Part shown: positions 10,303 to 19,416 of the stretch, one piece after another
Layout of the letters: each line of letters opens with the position of its first letter
Numbering within the stretch: the first letter of the stretch is position 1
Assembly: GCA_965242865.1 (NCBI GenBank)
Contig: CBDETK010000013.1
Span: forward strand, 1,792,001-1,856,000
Source of the DNA: Candidatus Latescibacterota bacterium
Lineage (GTDB): Bacteria > Latescibacterota > UBA2968 > UBA8231
Direction of reading: 5' to 3'
Length of the DNA: 64,000 nt
Notes under the pieces: model-generated
Databases searched by the model: none
What the model saw: only the letters and a program-made list of their open reading frames with translations
What the model was told of the DNA's origin: nothing
Program-made: the position numbers and the translations under genes

Positions 10303-13022
10303 AGTTCCAATCCCTGCGGGGACATAATCCGCTGGTAGCGACTCTCGAAAGCCTCCCGGCCACCCTCCATCACGCGACAGATTTCTGCGCGAACCCGCCT
10401 TTCCTGAAGGCCCCCTTCACAGGCAATGTGGCTCTGGCCATCTCTGGCCTCGAGCGAGAGCACGAGTTCGGCGTCGCCGTGGACGACGATATTGGGATTA
10501 TGGGTGACGACGATAACTTGGCGTTTAGTCTTGGTTTCCCTCAGCCGACGGACCAGCAGTTCGTAGATCAGGGTGTTGTCCAAGTCGTCCTCGGGCTGAT
10601 CTAGGATGATCGGCTCGGCACCATAGCCCAAGACAAAGGCCAACAGCGCAGCCGTTTGCTGGCCCGGTGATCCTTGGGTGAGATGCCTCCAGTCCCCACG
10701 ATCTTTGAAACGGACCTTAACAGCATCTTCTGGAAGGTACACAGCGAGCCGATCAATCCTCTCGGGTGGAACTTTTTTTAGGGCTGGCCCAAAACGCGGG
10801 TCTTTCATCTTCAAGAAACCTCGATCTCCCGAAAGAAACTGACGCATCTCTGTAACTACACCATCGAGCTTCGCCCGCTCCCATGATTGACCCTGTTTGG
10901 GCTGAATTCTCCGGGCGAGCTCCTGACGGTCGCGCGCAAAGTGCTCAATGCCCAAGATCTCGCTCAACTCTTCCGCGAGGTTCTGATAATTTGCGTATTT
11001 GTCTATTTCAACGCGGATGCTCTCGCCTGACGCCTTCTCCGCGAAGTTCCGGCGGTTGTTGCTCAACTCACAGCGTAGCCTGCGGTATTCGGCAAGAGTT
11101 TTAGCGGCCTCACTTTCCAGTTCCTCCGCCCGCTTCTGTTCTTTTTCCAAGGCTTCAATTTCTCGCCCGAGCGTAGCCTCCTGTTCCAACAAGTCTCCGT
11201 ACTCGTTCGGATCGTAAATACCTTCTTGGGCGAGTCGGGCGGATGCTTCCCGGAATTCGTTTTCACTGTCCTCCACTGCCGTCCGCCACTGTTCAGCGTC
11301 CGCGCCCTTGTCAATGGCATCGATATCTCGCCGAGTTTGCTCTACACTCCCGCGTACCCTGCTCTCAAGGTCTGCGACGGTCCGTCTCAGCGTTTCGTGC
11401 ATACGCACAAGACTCGCCTGTGCTGAATCGTCCTCGTCCTCGGCTTCTATATTGAGATCGGCGACCGAAAGCTCTGCCGCGCTGTCTCCCACAGATTCCA
11501 CCGCTTGCGAAGCCGCCTCGAGAATCGCTCGCCAAGTTTCATCCTGCTGACGTCGCTTTCGATACACGTTCAATAGCTGCGCTTGTCCACCCCCCTCGAG
11601 GATATCCAGCTTGCGTCGCACCTCCGCGTGCGACGCTCGGAGTGTCGGCAGACCGTCCGCTTGCTTATACGCCGCACGCGCTCCGGCGCATAGAGACAGA
11701 TAGCGGGTCTCCTGCTGTGTGATCTGTCGTTTCAGGCCCGTCCCATCAACGGTTTCACTGTCGTCAATGACCGTGAGCAGCGCGTTCGGATCTTGGGCGA
11801 GGGCGAATAGCTGTTTCTGGCTGTAGATACGCACCGGAAAGCGCGCACGGATATCGCCCTCTTCGGGAATTTGTTCGTCTCCATCCAAGCGAGCGATGGG
11901 GTGTGCCGATCCGTTCTGGTCCCAAGAGAGGACGAAGCACTCGCTGTCTTTCCGATACACGATCTCGATAAGCGTTTCATCCGTCAGCAGGCCCTCCTCC
12001 CGGCGCGATGGGGAAACGCGCATGCGGCGATCAAACAAACTTCGCAGTGAGCCTTCTTCGCTACTGTCGCTGCTGTTGAGTTCCGCTTCTCGGCGGAGCG
12101 TCTTGCGGCAGAAGTCAATGAGTGTGGATTTGCCGGTGCCGCGTCCGCCGATAATCGCATTCAGCCACGGATTGAACTCGACCGTAATCGGCTCACTTCG
12201 ACCAATGAATTTGCCCTTATCAATGGTAATGCTCTCAATGGCCAAGTCGGCGTGGACATTTGGATCGCCCGGCTCCTCCCGAGCTGCCGGTTTGAGGGAA
12301 GCGGCACCATCCAGCAGCGCCAAGCGTAGCCCCTCTAGGTTCGGGCGCGTCATTTTTACCCAAGTGAAACGCCGGCCCAATTCGTTGAAGTCATGACCGT
12401 CGGAGGCCCACACCTGCGGAAGTCGCCGCTTAATCTCAGAACGGCTTCCATCGAGCCAGCTTTCGTCGATCTTCTTGGTCGGGTGAACCTCGACTGCGGC
12501 CAAATTCTGATGTCGCAGCACTGCGATCCGCTGCTGGCCATCGTGTTCTTGGAGCAGTCCCGCATCTGTGTTGACATGGGCACCGATGATCAGGGTGTCC
12601 CCCCCGCACTCTTCTAAAATCTGCTCAACGCCTAGTGGAGAACGGGCAGTCTCGGCTCCCCGTTTATCTACGGGAATTTTTACTTTGGCGAGAAACTCGT
12701 CGATGTGTTCTTGCTTACAATCCGGGTCCATCAGCAAGAGCAGGTGGACCCCGTCGCTGGCGGTAATCTCTACTCCGGGGAAGAGCACCGGGGCGTCTTC
12801 CATGCTGGCAGCGGCCTGCTTTAGCTTGGAGATACCCTCGGCAGTATTGTGATCCGTGATCGCGACCGCTTGGATTTCAGCATCGCGTACGGCTTTAATC
12901 CAGCACTCCCAGTCCTGAGCATCGCGCTCCGATTGGCTCCCGAAATCATGTGAGGCCGGAGAATGCGTATGGAAGTCAACGCGCCACCAGCGGGAACCGG
13001 GCCAATCCCAATATGTACTCAT
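10299..13022 (-). CDS. PHP phosphoesterase fused to SMC/ABC-type ATPase (Ppl/TrlF-like defence protein)
   Basis: PHP motifs DFHTHSPAS, ITDHN, GVEI, AH, SDGH; Walker A GGRGTGKS, coiled coil, SPGQ signature, Walker B ILDQPEDDLD, VTHN. Confidence 0.88.
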   Translation of the reverse strand: MSTYWDWPGSRWWRVDFHTHSPASHDFGSQSERDAQDWECWIKAVRDAEIQAVAITDHNTAEGISKLKQAAASMEDAPVLFPGVEITASDGVHLLLLMDPDCKQEHIDEFLAKVKIPVDKRGAETARSPLGVEQILEECGGDTLIIGAHVNTDAGLLQEHDGQQRIAVLRHQNLAAVEVHPTKKIDESWLDGSRSEIKRRLPQVWASDGHDFNELGRRFTWVKMTRPNLEGLRLALLDGAASLKPAAREEPGDPNVHADLAIESITIDKGKFIGRSEPITVEFNPWLNAIIGGRGTGKSTLIDFCRKTLRREAELNSSDSSEEGSLRSLFDRRMRVSPSRREEGLLTDETLIEIVYRKDSECFVLSWDQNGSAHPIARLDGDEQIPEEGDIRARFPVRIYSQKQLFALAQDPNALLTVIDDSETVDGTGLKRQITQQETRYLSLCAGARAAYKQADGLPTLRASHAEVRRKLDILEGGGQAQLLNVYRKRRQQDETWRAILEAASQAVESVGDSAAELSVADLNIEAEDEDDSAQASLVRMHETLRRTVADLESRVRGSVEQTRRDIDAIDKGADAEQWRTAVEDSENEFREASARLAQEGIYDPNEYGDLLEQEATLGREIEALEKEQKRAEELESEAAKTLAEYRRLRCELSNNRRNFAEKASGESIRVEIDKYANYQNLAEELSEILGIEHFARDRQELARRIQPKQGQSWERAKLDGVVTEMRQFLSGDRGFLKMKDPRFGPALKKVPPERIDRLAVYLPEDAVKVRFKDRGDWRHLTQGSPGQQTAALLAFVLGYGAEPIILDQPEDDLDNTLIYELLVRRLRETKTKRQVIVVTHNPNIVVHGDAELVLSLEARDGQSHIACEGGLQERRVRAEICRVMEGGREAFESRYQRIMSPQGLEL

Positions 13023-13160
13023 AAAGCAACCTCCTGTAGTTGTCTTCGGTGAAGCCTAGCCCTGACGCCTACCGGATGAAGAACCTAAGCCCCTATAACA
13101 TATCCTACATCACTACTTACGCACTTTTGATGGATGATCGCCATAGCCAACTTCCGTTTA

Positions 13161-14579
13161 TCAAGCTTCGGTACTTTGCAAACGTCGCGAGTTCTGGTCG
13201 ATCTGATTCAAGGTGGGAATCTCACGTGTCGTGCCGACGCCGAGTTCCAAGAACCGACGCGCCTGCGGCAACAGCCGCCCATCGAACGAACCTACACTGT
13301 TATTGTAATGCGACACCGCTGTGTCCAGTGCCTGTCCCACTAGTCCTAGATGCTTGGCAAATATCGCCAGACGATCGTGTAGGTTTCTACCTAGCTGTCC
13401 GATCTCATGCGCCTCATCCGTGATATTCCGCTCCTGCCAACCCATCGCCACGCACTTTAGCAACGCCACCAAGGTCGAGTACGTCGCTATCACGACCTTA
13501 TTCTCAAGGGCTCGTTCAATGAGTGCGGGCTCGCGCTCAACGGCGGGTGCCAATGCGAACTCCGGTACGACCATCACCACGAAGTCGGCCGTCTCCGGCA
13601 GATTGCTCCAATACTCCTTGGAACCCAGATTCTCCGCATACAACCGCATCTGCACGGCGTGACGCTTCAGTTTCTCCTCACGTACATCGTCCGTTTTCGC
13701 ATCACCTGCTTCTTGCAGTGCTGACAGCACAACCTTTGAGTCGAGGATGATGTCCCGGTCATGCGGCAGATGTACGATAAAGTCAGTACGACCCCCTTTT
13801 TGGTCGCTGTCCTGCGTCGTGTAGTGGATGCCTTTCTGTAGCCCGGCGAGTTCAAGTACGCGCTCGACCTGCATTTCTCCCCATGCCCCACGCACCTGTG
13901 GCTTCGATAGTGCCGAGGATAGACTACGTGCCTCGTTCGCCACTTGGTCGTTAGACCGTACCAGCAACTCGATTTGCTCCTTCAGAGAAGCTGAACTTTC
14001 CACTCGCGACTTGTCCAGAGCGTTGATCTGCTCCGCCAACGGCTTTACCATCTGCTCCACGGCCCTTTCACGCTCCTCAAGCGTCGCCTTCGCCGTGTCC
14101 ATAAACGACTTCCGCTGCTCCGCCAAGACCTCCGACGACATGGCCCTAAATTCGGCCGTTGAATGTTCCACCCACTCGGCCTGTTCTGCCACCTTCGCGA
14201 GCGCATTCTCCAGATCGCTCTCCAGTCGAGCCTTTTCAGCATTCAACGATTGGAACTGATCCTGCAATTCCGTTAGCTGCTGATCAACGGCTTCTTTGGC
14301 CTGCGTCATCTGCGTCAGCAATTCCGACTCGGTCTCCAGACGCTGGGATAACTGCGCGTTGGTGATTCGTAGTTCGTCAACCTCGCTAGCTTCTTGCCGT
14401 GCGGCTTCGGCTTGCACCTCTAAGTTCTTCAGGTCGCTCTCCAGCCGAGCGTTGACTGTGGCAAGTTCGGCCTTTTCGCGATTAACGGTCGCGTTCGATC
14501 TCAACGCACTAACGGCGATCAACAACGCGATTATCGCCAAGAAGGCGACAATGATTAGCGCAATACTTACTCCATCCAT
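13161..14579 (-). CDS. rmuC: DNA recombination protein RmuC (TM anchor, coiled coil, PD-(D/E)XK domain)
   Basis: N-terminal TM helix, long coiled coil, RGAWGEMQVERVLELAGL, TDFIVHLP...ILDSK, DFVVM. Confidence 0.9.
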   Translation of the reverse strand: MDGVSIALIIVAFLAIIALLIAVSALRSNATVNREKAELATVNARLESDLKNLEVQAEAARQEASEVDELRITNAQLSQRLETESELLTQMTQAKEAVDQQLTELQDQFQSLNAEKARLESDLENALAKVAEQAEWVEHSTAEFRAMSSEVLAEQRKSFMDTAKATLEERERAVEQMVKPLAEQINALDKSRVESSASLKEQIELLVRSNDQVANEARSLSSALSKPQVRGAWGEMQVERVLELAGLQKGIHYTTQDSDQKGGRTDFIVHLPHDRDIILDSKVVLSALQEAGDAKTDDVREEKLKRHAVQMRLYAENLGSKEYWSNLPETADFVVMVVPEFALAPAVEREPALIERALENKVVIATYSTLVALLKCVAMGWQERNITDEAHEIGQLGRNLHDRLAIFAKHLGLVGQALDTAVSHYNNSVGSFDGRLLPQARRFLELGVGTTREIPTLNQIDQNSRRLQSTEA

Positions 14580-14645
14580 CTCGTTTTACTCCTCTACTTT
14601 GCTTTTGACGCTCATGCCGCCGCGGTTTCTGCCGTCCTCGCCTCC

Positions 14646-15776
14646 CTACACCAACTCGCCCAAGACCGCCAAGAACCGCTCCACATCGCCGCTGTTGTTG
14701 TACAAATGCCCCGAGACCCGCACCCGCCCGTATTCCCCCCACACCAACACCCCGCGGTCGGCGAGGGCTTCGCACAGCCGGTGCGCGTCCGCGTCCGCAA
14801 AGCAGGTATTGCCCGAGCGCTGGGGCCGGGCACTCGGGGAAATGACCGGCCGGCCGAGCCGCGCCAGCCCAGCGCTGATTTGTTCGGATAAGTCGCGGTT
14901 GTGCTCGGCTATCCGGTCGATTCCCACGTCCAACAGCCGCCCCAAGGCGTAGTCGAGGTAAAGCACCGCGACCATGGCCGGATTGCCCGGCTCCATTTTA
15001 TCGGGCATTGGCTTTTCATCGGCATCGAGGGCGCGTTCCGCTCCTTGGGCCGGCCACACCGCCAAGTTGCGCCAGCCAAAGGCCGTGCTGCGCACGCACA
15101 CCTCGGCCCGGGGGCTTAGATAACACGGCGCGACCCCGTGGGTGGCCAACAGCCACTTGTAGCACGAGCTGACGCACAAGTCGGCGCACGCGGCCGGCAC
15201 GGCGACCGCCCCGGCCGCGTGGGTCGCATCAACCGCCAAGAGCGCGTCGCGGCCAGCCAGCCCGGCCGCAAGCTGCTCAATATCGAGGTTTTGCCCCGTG
15301 TAGAAGCTGACTTGGCTCACGGCCAAGACCCGAGTGCGCTCATCGACTGCGGCCAACAGCTCGTCCTCCCGCACCAGCCAGTCGCGGTGCGGCACCAGCC
15401 GCAGCTCAACCCCGTGCTGACGCGCATTGCGCCAATTGTACGCCACCGAGGGAAATTCCAAATTGGTGGTGACCACGTTGTCGCCCGGCCGCCAGTCCAA
15501 GCCCCGCGCCAACCAAGCCATGCCCTCAGCGGCCGAGGGCATAAAGGCGATGCGCTCGGCCGGCACTCCCCACAACTGCCCCATGCGCTGGCGGCAGCGG
15601 TCGCCGCGGGCGTAGAGGGCGCGTCGCCCGCGGTCGCCCCTGCTTTTGTACTGGACAAATTCTGCGTACACCGCGCTCTGCCCGGTGAGCCAAGGACCTT
15701 CGCCCCCGGTACACAGATGCGTCACCGCGTCGAGCCCGACGAAATCCGCCGGCGAAATGAGGCTTGCGTTTTGCAT
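14646..15776 (-). CDS. Class V PLP-dependent aminotransferase (cysteine desulfurase-like)
   Basis: EFPS, VSQVSFYTG, VDATHAAG, SSCYKWL, RVSGHLYN. Start taken at MQNAS with a GGAG RBS. Confidence 0.88.
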   Translation of the reverse strand: MQNASLISPADFVGLDAVTHLCTGGEGPWLTGQSAVYAEFVQYKSRGDRGRRALYARGDRCRQRMGQLWGVPAERIAFMPSAAEGMAWLARGLDWRPGDNVVTTNLEFPSVAYNWRNARQHGVELRLVPHRDWLVREDELLAAVDERTRVLAVSQVSFYTGQNLDIEQLAAGLAGRDALLAVDATHAAGAVAVPAACADLCVSSCYKWLLATHGVAPCYLSPRAEVCVRSTAFGWRNLAVWPAQGAERALDADEKPMPDKMEPGNPAMVAVLYLDYALGRLLDVGIDRIAEHNRDLSEQISAGLARLGRPVISPSARPQRSGNTCFADADAHRLCEALADRGVLVWGEYGRVRVSGHLYNNSGDVERFLAVLGELV

Positions 15777-15786
15777 GGTAGGTCTC

Positions 15787-17790
15787 CTATGGGCTGGCGA
15801 CAATCCGCCTGGCTTCTTGGCGCGCGCTTTGCAGCAAGGCCCCGTCGGCGACCAAATCGGCCGCCTTAAACGCGGGCAGCCCGGCTTGGCGCACGCCGAA
15901 AAACTCGCCCGGCCCGCGCAGTTGCAAATCCTTTTCCGCGATCGCAAAGCCGTCTTGGGTGTGCTCCATGGTCTGGAGCCGTGTGCGCGAATCCGCCAAC
16001 TCGCCGCCGGCGCGGGCATAGCTGATGAGGATGCAAAACGACTGCTCCCCGCCGCGCCCCACGCGACCGCGCAACTGGTGCAACTGCGCCAAGCCAAACC
16101 GCTCGGCGTGTTCGATGATCATCACCGTGGCATTGGGCACATCTACCCCGACCTCGACGACCGTGGTACAGACCAAGACTTGGACCCGGTTTTGCTTAAA
16201 ATCCTCCATGACCGCGGCCTTTTCTTCAGCCACCATGCGCCCGTGCAGCAAGGCCACTGCAAAGTCGGCCAATGGGCCGCAACGCAGCTCGTCGTAGGCT
16301 TCGAGCGCGGATTTGTAATCGGCCTTTTCCGACTCTTCGATCAGCGGATATACCACGTACACTTGCCGCCCTTGCCGCACCTGATCGCCGGCAAACTCAA
16401 AGATCGCCGCGCGGCGCTCGTGGCCGCGGACAGCCGTGCGAATCGGCTTGCGCCCGGGAGGCAGCTCGTCGATGACCGACACGTCTAGCTCGCCGTACAG
16501 GGTCAGCGCCAAGGTGCGCGGGATGGGCGTGGCCGTCATCACGAGCAAATCGGGCTTGGCGCCCTTCTTGTAGAGCGCGCCGCGCTGCACCACCCCAAAG
16601 CGGTGTTGCTCGTCGATGACCGCCAGCCCCAAGCGCGCAAATTGTACCTGCTCCTGAATCAGCGCGTGGGTGCCCACCGCAATGTGGGCCGCGCCGCTGG
16701 CAATGGCGGTCAACCGCTCCTGCCGCAGGGCCTTGCGCTGGCCGCCCTTGAGAAAGATCGTGGTCAGGCCGAGGGGGGCGACCAGGGCCTTGATGGTAAA
16801 AAAGTGCTGCTCGGCGAGGATTTCGGTCGGGGCCATCATGGCCGCTTGGTAGCCGTTTTCCACGGCCGTCAGCATCGCGCACAGCCCCACCAAGGTCTTG
16901 CCCGACCCGACGTCGCCTTGGACGAGGCGATTCATCACTTGGGGCCCCTGCATCTGCGCGGCGATCTCGGCGACGACCCGGCGCTGGGCGCGCGTTGGGG
17001 CAAACGGCAGGGAATCCCACAAGGCCGGCACCAGTTTTTCGCTGGGCGCGAACCCTATACCGTCGGCCTGCTCGCGGTTTTTTTTGCGCCGCTCGGCCAA
17101 GCGCAACTGGAAGGCAAAGAGCTCGCCAAAGGCCAAGCGCTGCCGTGCGCGCTCGGCTTCGGCCAGGCTGGCGGGGAAATGCACTTGGCGCAGACTCGCG
17201 CCCCGCTCGGCAAAACCCAAGCGCTGTCGCAGGGCGGCGGGCAAGTCGTCTTCAACGCGCTCGGCAAAGGCGTCCAACGCCCCGCGTATCAACCGGCGGA
17301 ACCCCCGGTTGCGCAGGCCGCGTTCCTTTAGATCGGCACTGGTCGTATAGAGCGGAACCACCGCCCCGGTGTGGAGCCGCTCCTCCCCGTGGATGAACTC
17401 GTACTCGGGATGGACCATCTGCCGCCGCCCCTGAAAGAGATCGACCTTGCCGCTGATGGCCAGCTCGTCGCCCACGGCAAAGTTGCGCTGCAAGTAGCGC
17501 CCCCCCTGAAAAAAGGTGCAGGTAATGTCGTCGGTCTCGTCGGCCACGACCATGACGAAGCGGGGCCGCGGCCCGGGCATGAAGCGCGTCTGGCGCACTT
17601 GGCCGATGAGGGTCACCTCTTGGCCGATGGGCGCCCGGGCCATGGGCAAAACCTGCGTGCGGTCGAGGTAGCGGCGCGGCAGATAGTACAACAAATCGCC
17701 CAGCGTCCGAATCTCGGCGTCTTTGAGCGCGGACGCGCGTTTGGCCCCTACGCCTTTGATTTGTTCAATGGGAATGGACAGGATTTCCAT
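15787..17790 (-). CDS. recG: ATP-dependent DNA helicase RecG
   Basis: QGDVGSGKT, MAPTEILAEQH, IDEQHRFG, MTATPIPRTL, QLHQLRGRVGRG, DL.LRGPG. Confidence 0.97.
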   Translation of the reverse strand: MEILSIPIEQIKGVGAKRASALKDAEIRTLGDLLYYLPRRYLDRTQVLPMARAPIGQEVTLIGQVRQTRFMPGPRPRFVMVVADETDDITCTFFQGGRYLQRNFAVGDELAISGKVDLFQGRRQMVHPEYEFIHGEERLHTGAVVPLYTTSADLKERGLRNRGFRRLIRGALDAFAERVEDDLPAALRQRLGFAERGASLRQVHFPASLAEAERARQRLAFGELFAFQLRLAERRKKNREQADGIGFAPSEKLVPALWDSLPFAPTRAQRRVVAEIAAQMQGPQVMNRLVQGDVGSGKTLVGLCAMLTAVENGYQAAMMAPTEILAEQHFFTIKALVAPLGLTTIFLKGGQRKALRQERLTAIASGAAHIAVGTHALIQEQVQFARLGLAVIDEQHRFGVVQRGALYKKGAKPDLLVMTATPIPRTLALTLYGELDVSVIDELPPGRKPIRTAVRGHERRAAIFEFAGDQVRQGRQVYVVYPLIEESEKADYKSALEAYDELRCGPLADFAVALLHGRMVAEEKAAVMEDFKQNRVQVLVCTTVVEVGVDVPNATVMIIEHAERFGLAQLHQLRGRVGRGGEQSFCILISYARAGGELADSRTRLQTMEHTQDGFAIAEKDLQLRGPGEFFGVRQAGLPAFKAADLVADGALLQSARQEARRIVASP

Positions 17791-17839
17791 GATTGGCCAT
17801 GCGTTGACGCCCCTTAGCGGCAGCCTATCTTTGGCCACA

Positions 17840-18313
17840 ATGCCCAAATTTGCTGCTTTTGCCCACTATCTAATGGGGCACTCGCCGTTTGATCGCACGC
17901 CCTTTTTCTACGCCTACGTCGGGATGTGGCTTCACCTGCCCGTTGGCACGGGCCTTTTAGGGTTCGCGGCGGTGTGCGATTGGCTGTCGGCCTTGGCGGT
18001 CTCGGTCGTTGCCTCGTTCTGCCTCGGCCTCGTGCTCTACGGCGTCCTGACCAAGCGACCCGTCCTGCTGATCAACATCGGCGCCTACGCCGCGAGCATC
18101 GCCCGGGCGTTCTCGGCCGACGCCGTGGTCCTCACCTGCTTCATCGCCGGGCTGATCGCCGCCTTTGTCTCTGGGTACAGCCTCTTGGCGGCCGAGTACG
18201 CCCGCTATCAGCGCGCAATCAGCCGCCCTCCCGAGCCGCTCCCGGCCGCGGCGGCCCTCCTGCTCGGCGCGGCCATCGTCCTGCTCGGCGCTTATGGCCT
18301 CTGGGCACGCTAG
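17840..18313 (+). CDS. Small integral membrane protein (hypothetical)
   Basis: 157-aa ORF with several hydrophobic segments, filling the gap between recG and mraY. Confidence 0.6.
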   Translation: MPKFAAFAHYLMGHSPFDRTPFFYAYVGMWLHLPVGTGLLGFAAVCDWLSALAVSVVASFCLGLVLYGVLTKRPVLLINIGAYAASIARAFSADAVVLTCFIAGLIAAFVSGYSLLAAEYARYQRAISRPPEPLPAAAALLLGAAIVLLGAYGLWAR

Positions 18314-19416
18314 CGGATCTTGAGCGTCGCCAAGCCGCACAGCGCCAAAATGCCGGCCACGATCCAGAAGCGAATGACGATCTTGGTGTCGGCCAAGCCG
18401 CGCTGTTGGAAGTGGTGGTGAATCGGCGAGCGCGTAAAAAAGCGCCGCCCCAGCCAGCGGATGCCGATCTTTTCTTGGATGACCACCGACAGGGTTTCGC
18501 CGACAAAAATCCCCCCGACGATCAAAAACAGGAACTCCTGCTTGACCAAGACGGCCACCGTGCCCAACAAGCCGCCCAAGGCCATGGACCCGGTGTCGCC
18601 CATGATGACGTTGGCCGGATAGGAGTTGAACCACAAAAACCCGAGGCAGGCCCCAAAGACGATGGAGCAGATCACGGTGACTTCCCCCACGCCCGGCATA
18701 AAGGGAAAAATGAGGAACTCCGAGATCGCGACGTGGCTGGACACGTAAGCGAACACCCCGAAGACCGCCACGACAAAGGAAGTCGGCACAATCGCCAAGC
18801 CGTCGATTCCATCGGCGAGATTGACCGAGTTGGAAATGGCCGTCACCGTAAAGGCGATAAAGGGCACATAGCCCCACGAGAGGTCGAGGACCGGGGTTTT
18901 GAAAAAGGGCACGTAGAGCTGGGTCGCCAACCCAGCCGACTCGGCGGGAAGGGCTTGGGTGATGTACGCGGCCCCAAACGCCAGCCCAAAGGCGACTTGC
19001 AGCCCCAACTTGGCCCGCTCGGACAACCCGCGATCGCTAGAGCGATAGCGCACCTTGAGGAAGTCGTCCATCCCGCCGAGCGCGGCAAACCAGACAATCG
19101 CCCCCACGCAGACCAAGACGAAGAAGCTGAACAGCTTGCACCACAGGACAATGCTGATCAAGATCGCCGCGACGATGAGGCCACCGCCGTAGGTTTTGGC
19201 TTGATTGCTGACGGCCTCAGTGTTGAGATAGTCGCGGGGCATGTCGCGGTGCCCTCGGCGGTAGAAGTAGAGAATGGCTCGCCCGCCGCAGAGGATGGTG
19301 AGGATCAAGGAAGTGATCGCCCCAAAGATGGCGCGAAAGCTGATCGAATCGACCAAGCGCAAAAACGACAGGGCCTCAACGGCATCGTGCAGGTAAAGCC
19401 CGAGGTAGTAGATCAT
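18310..19416 (-). CDS. mraY: Phospho-N-acetylmuramoyl-pentapeptide transferase
   Basis: GGMDDFLK, NSVNLADGIDGLA, FLWFN.YPA...MGDTGS, SPIHHHFQ. Confidence 0.93.
   Translation of the reverse strand: MIYYLGLYLHDAVEALSFLRLVDSISFRAIFGAITSLILTILCGGRAILYFYRRGHRDMPRDYLNTEAVSNQAKTYGGGLIVAAILISIVLWCKLFSFFVLVCVGAIVWFAALGGMDDFLKVRYRSSDRGLSERAKLGLQVAFGLAFGAAYITQALPAESAGLATQLYVPFFKTPVLDLSWGYVPFIAFTVTAISNSVNLADGIDGLAIVPTSFVVAVFGVFAYVSSHVAISEFLIFPFMPGVGEVTVICSIVFGACLGFLWFNSYPANVIMGDTGSMALGGLLGTVAVLVKQEFLFLIVGGIFVGETLSVVIQEKIGIRWLGRRFFTRSPIHHHFQQRGLADTKIVIRFWIVAGILALCGLATLKIR

Noticed and set aside
10299-14579. Lamassu, Wadjet or CoCoNuT assignment
   Set aside because: The ATPase is fused to PHP, and no LmuA/LmuC, kleisin/KITE or McrB-linked helicase partners are recognisable.
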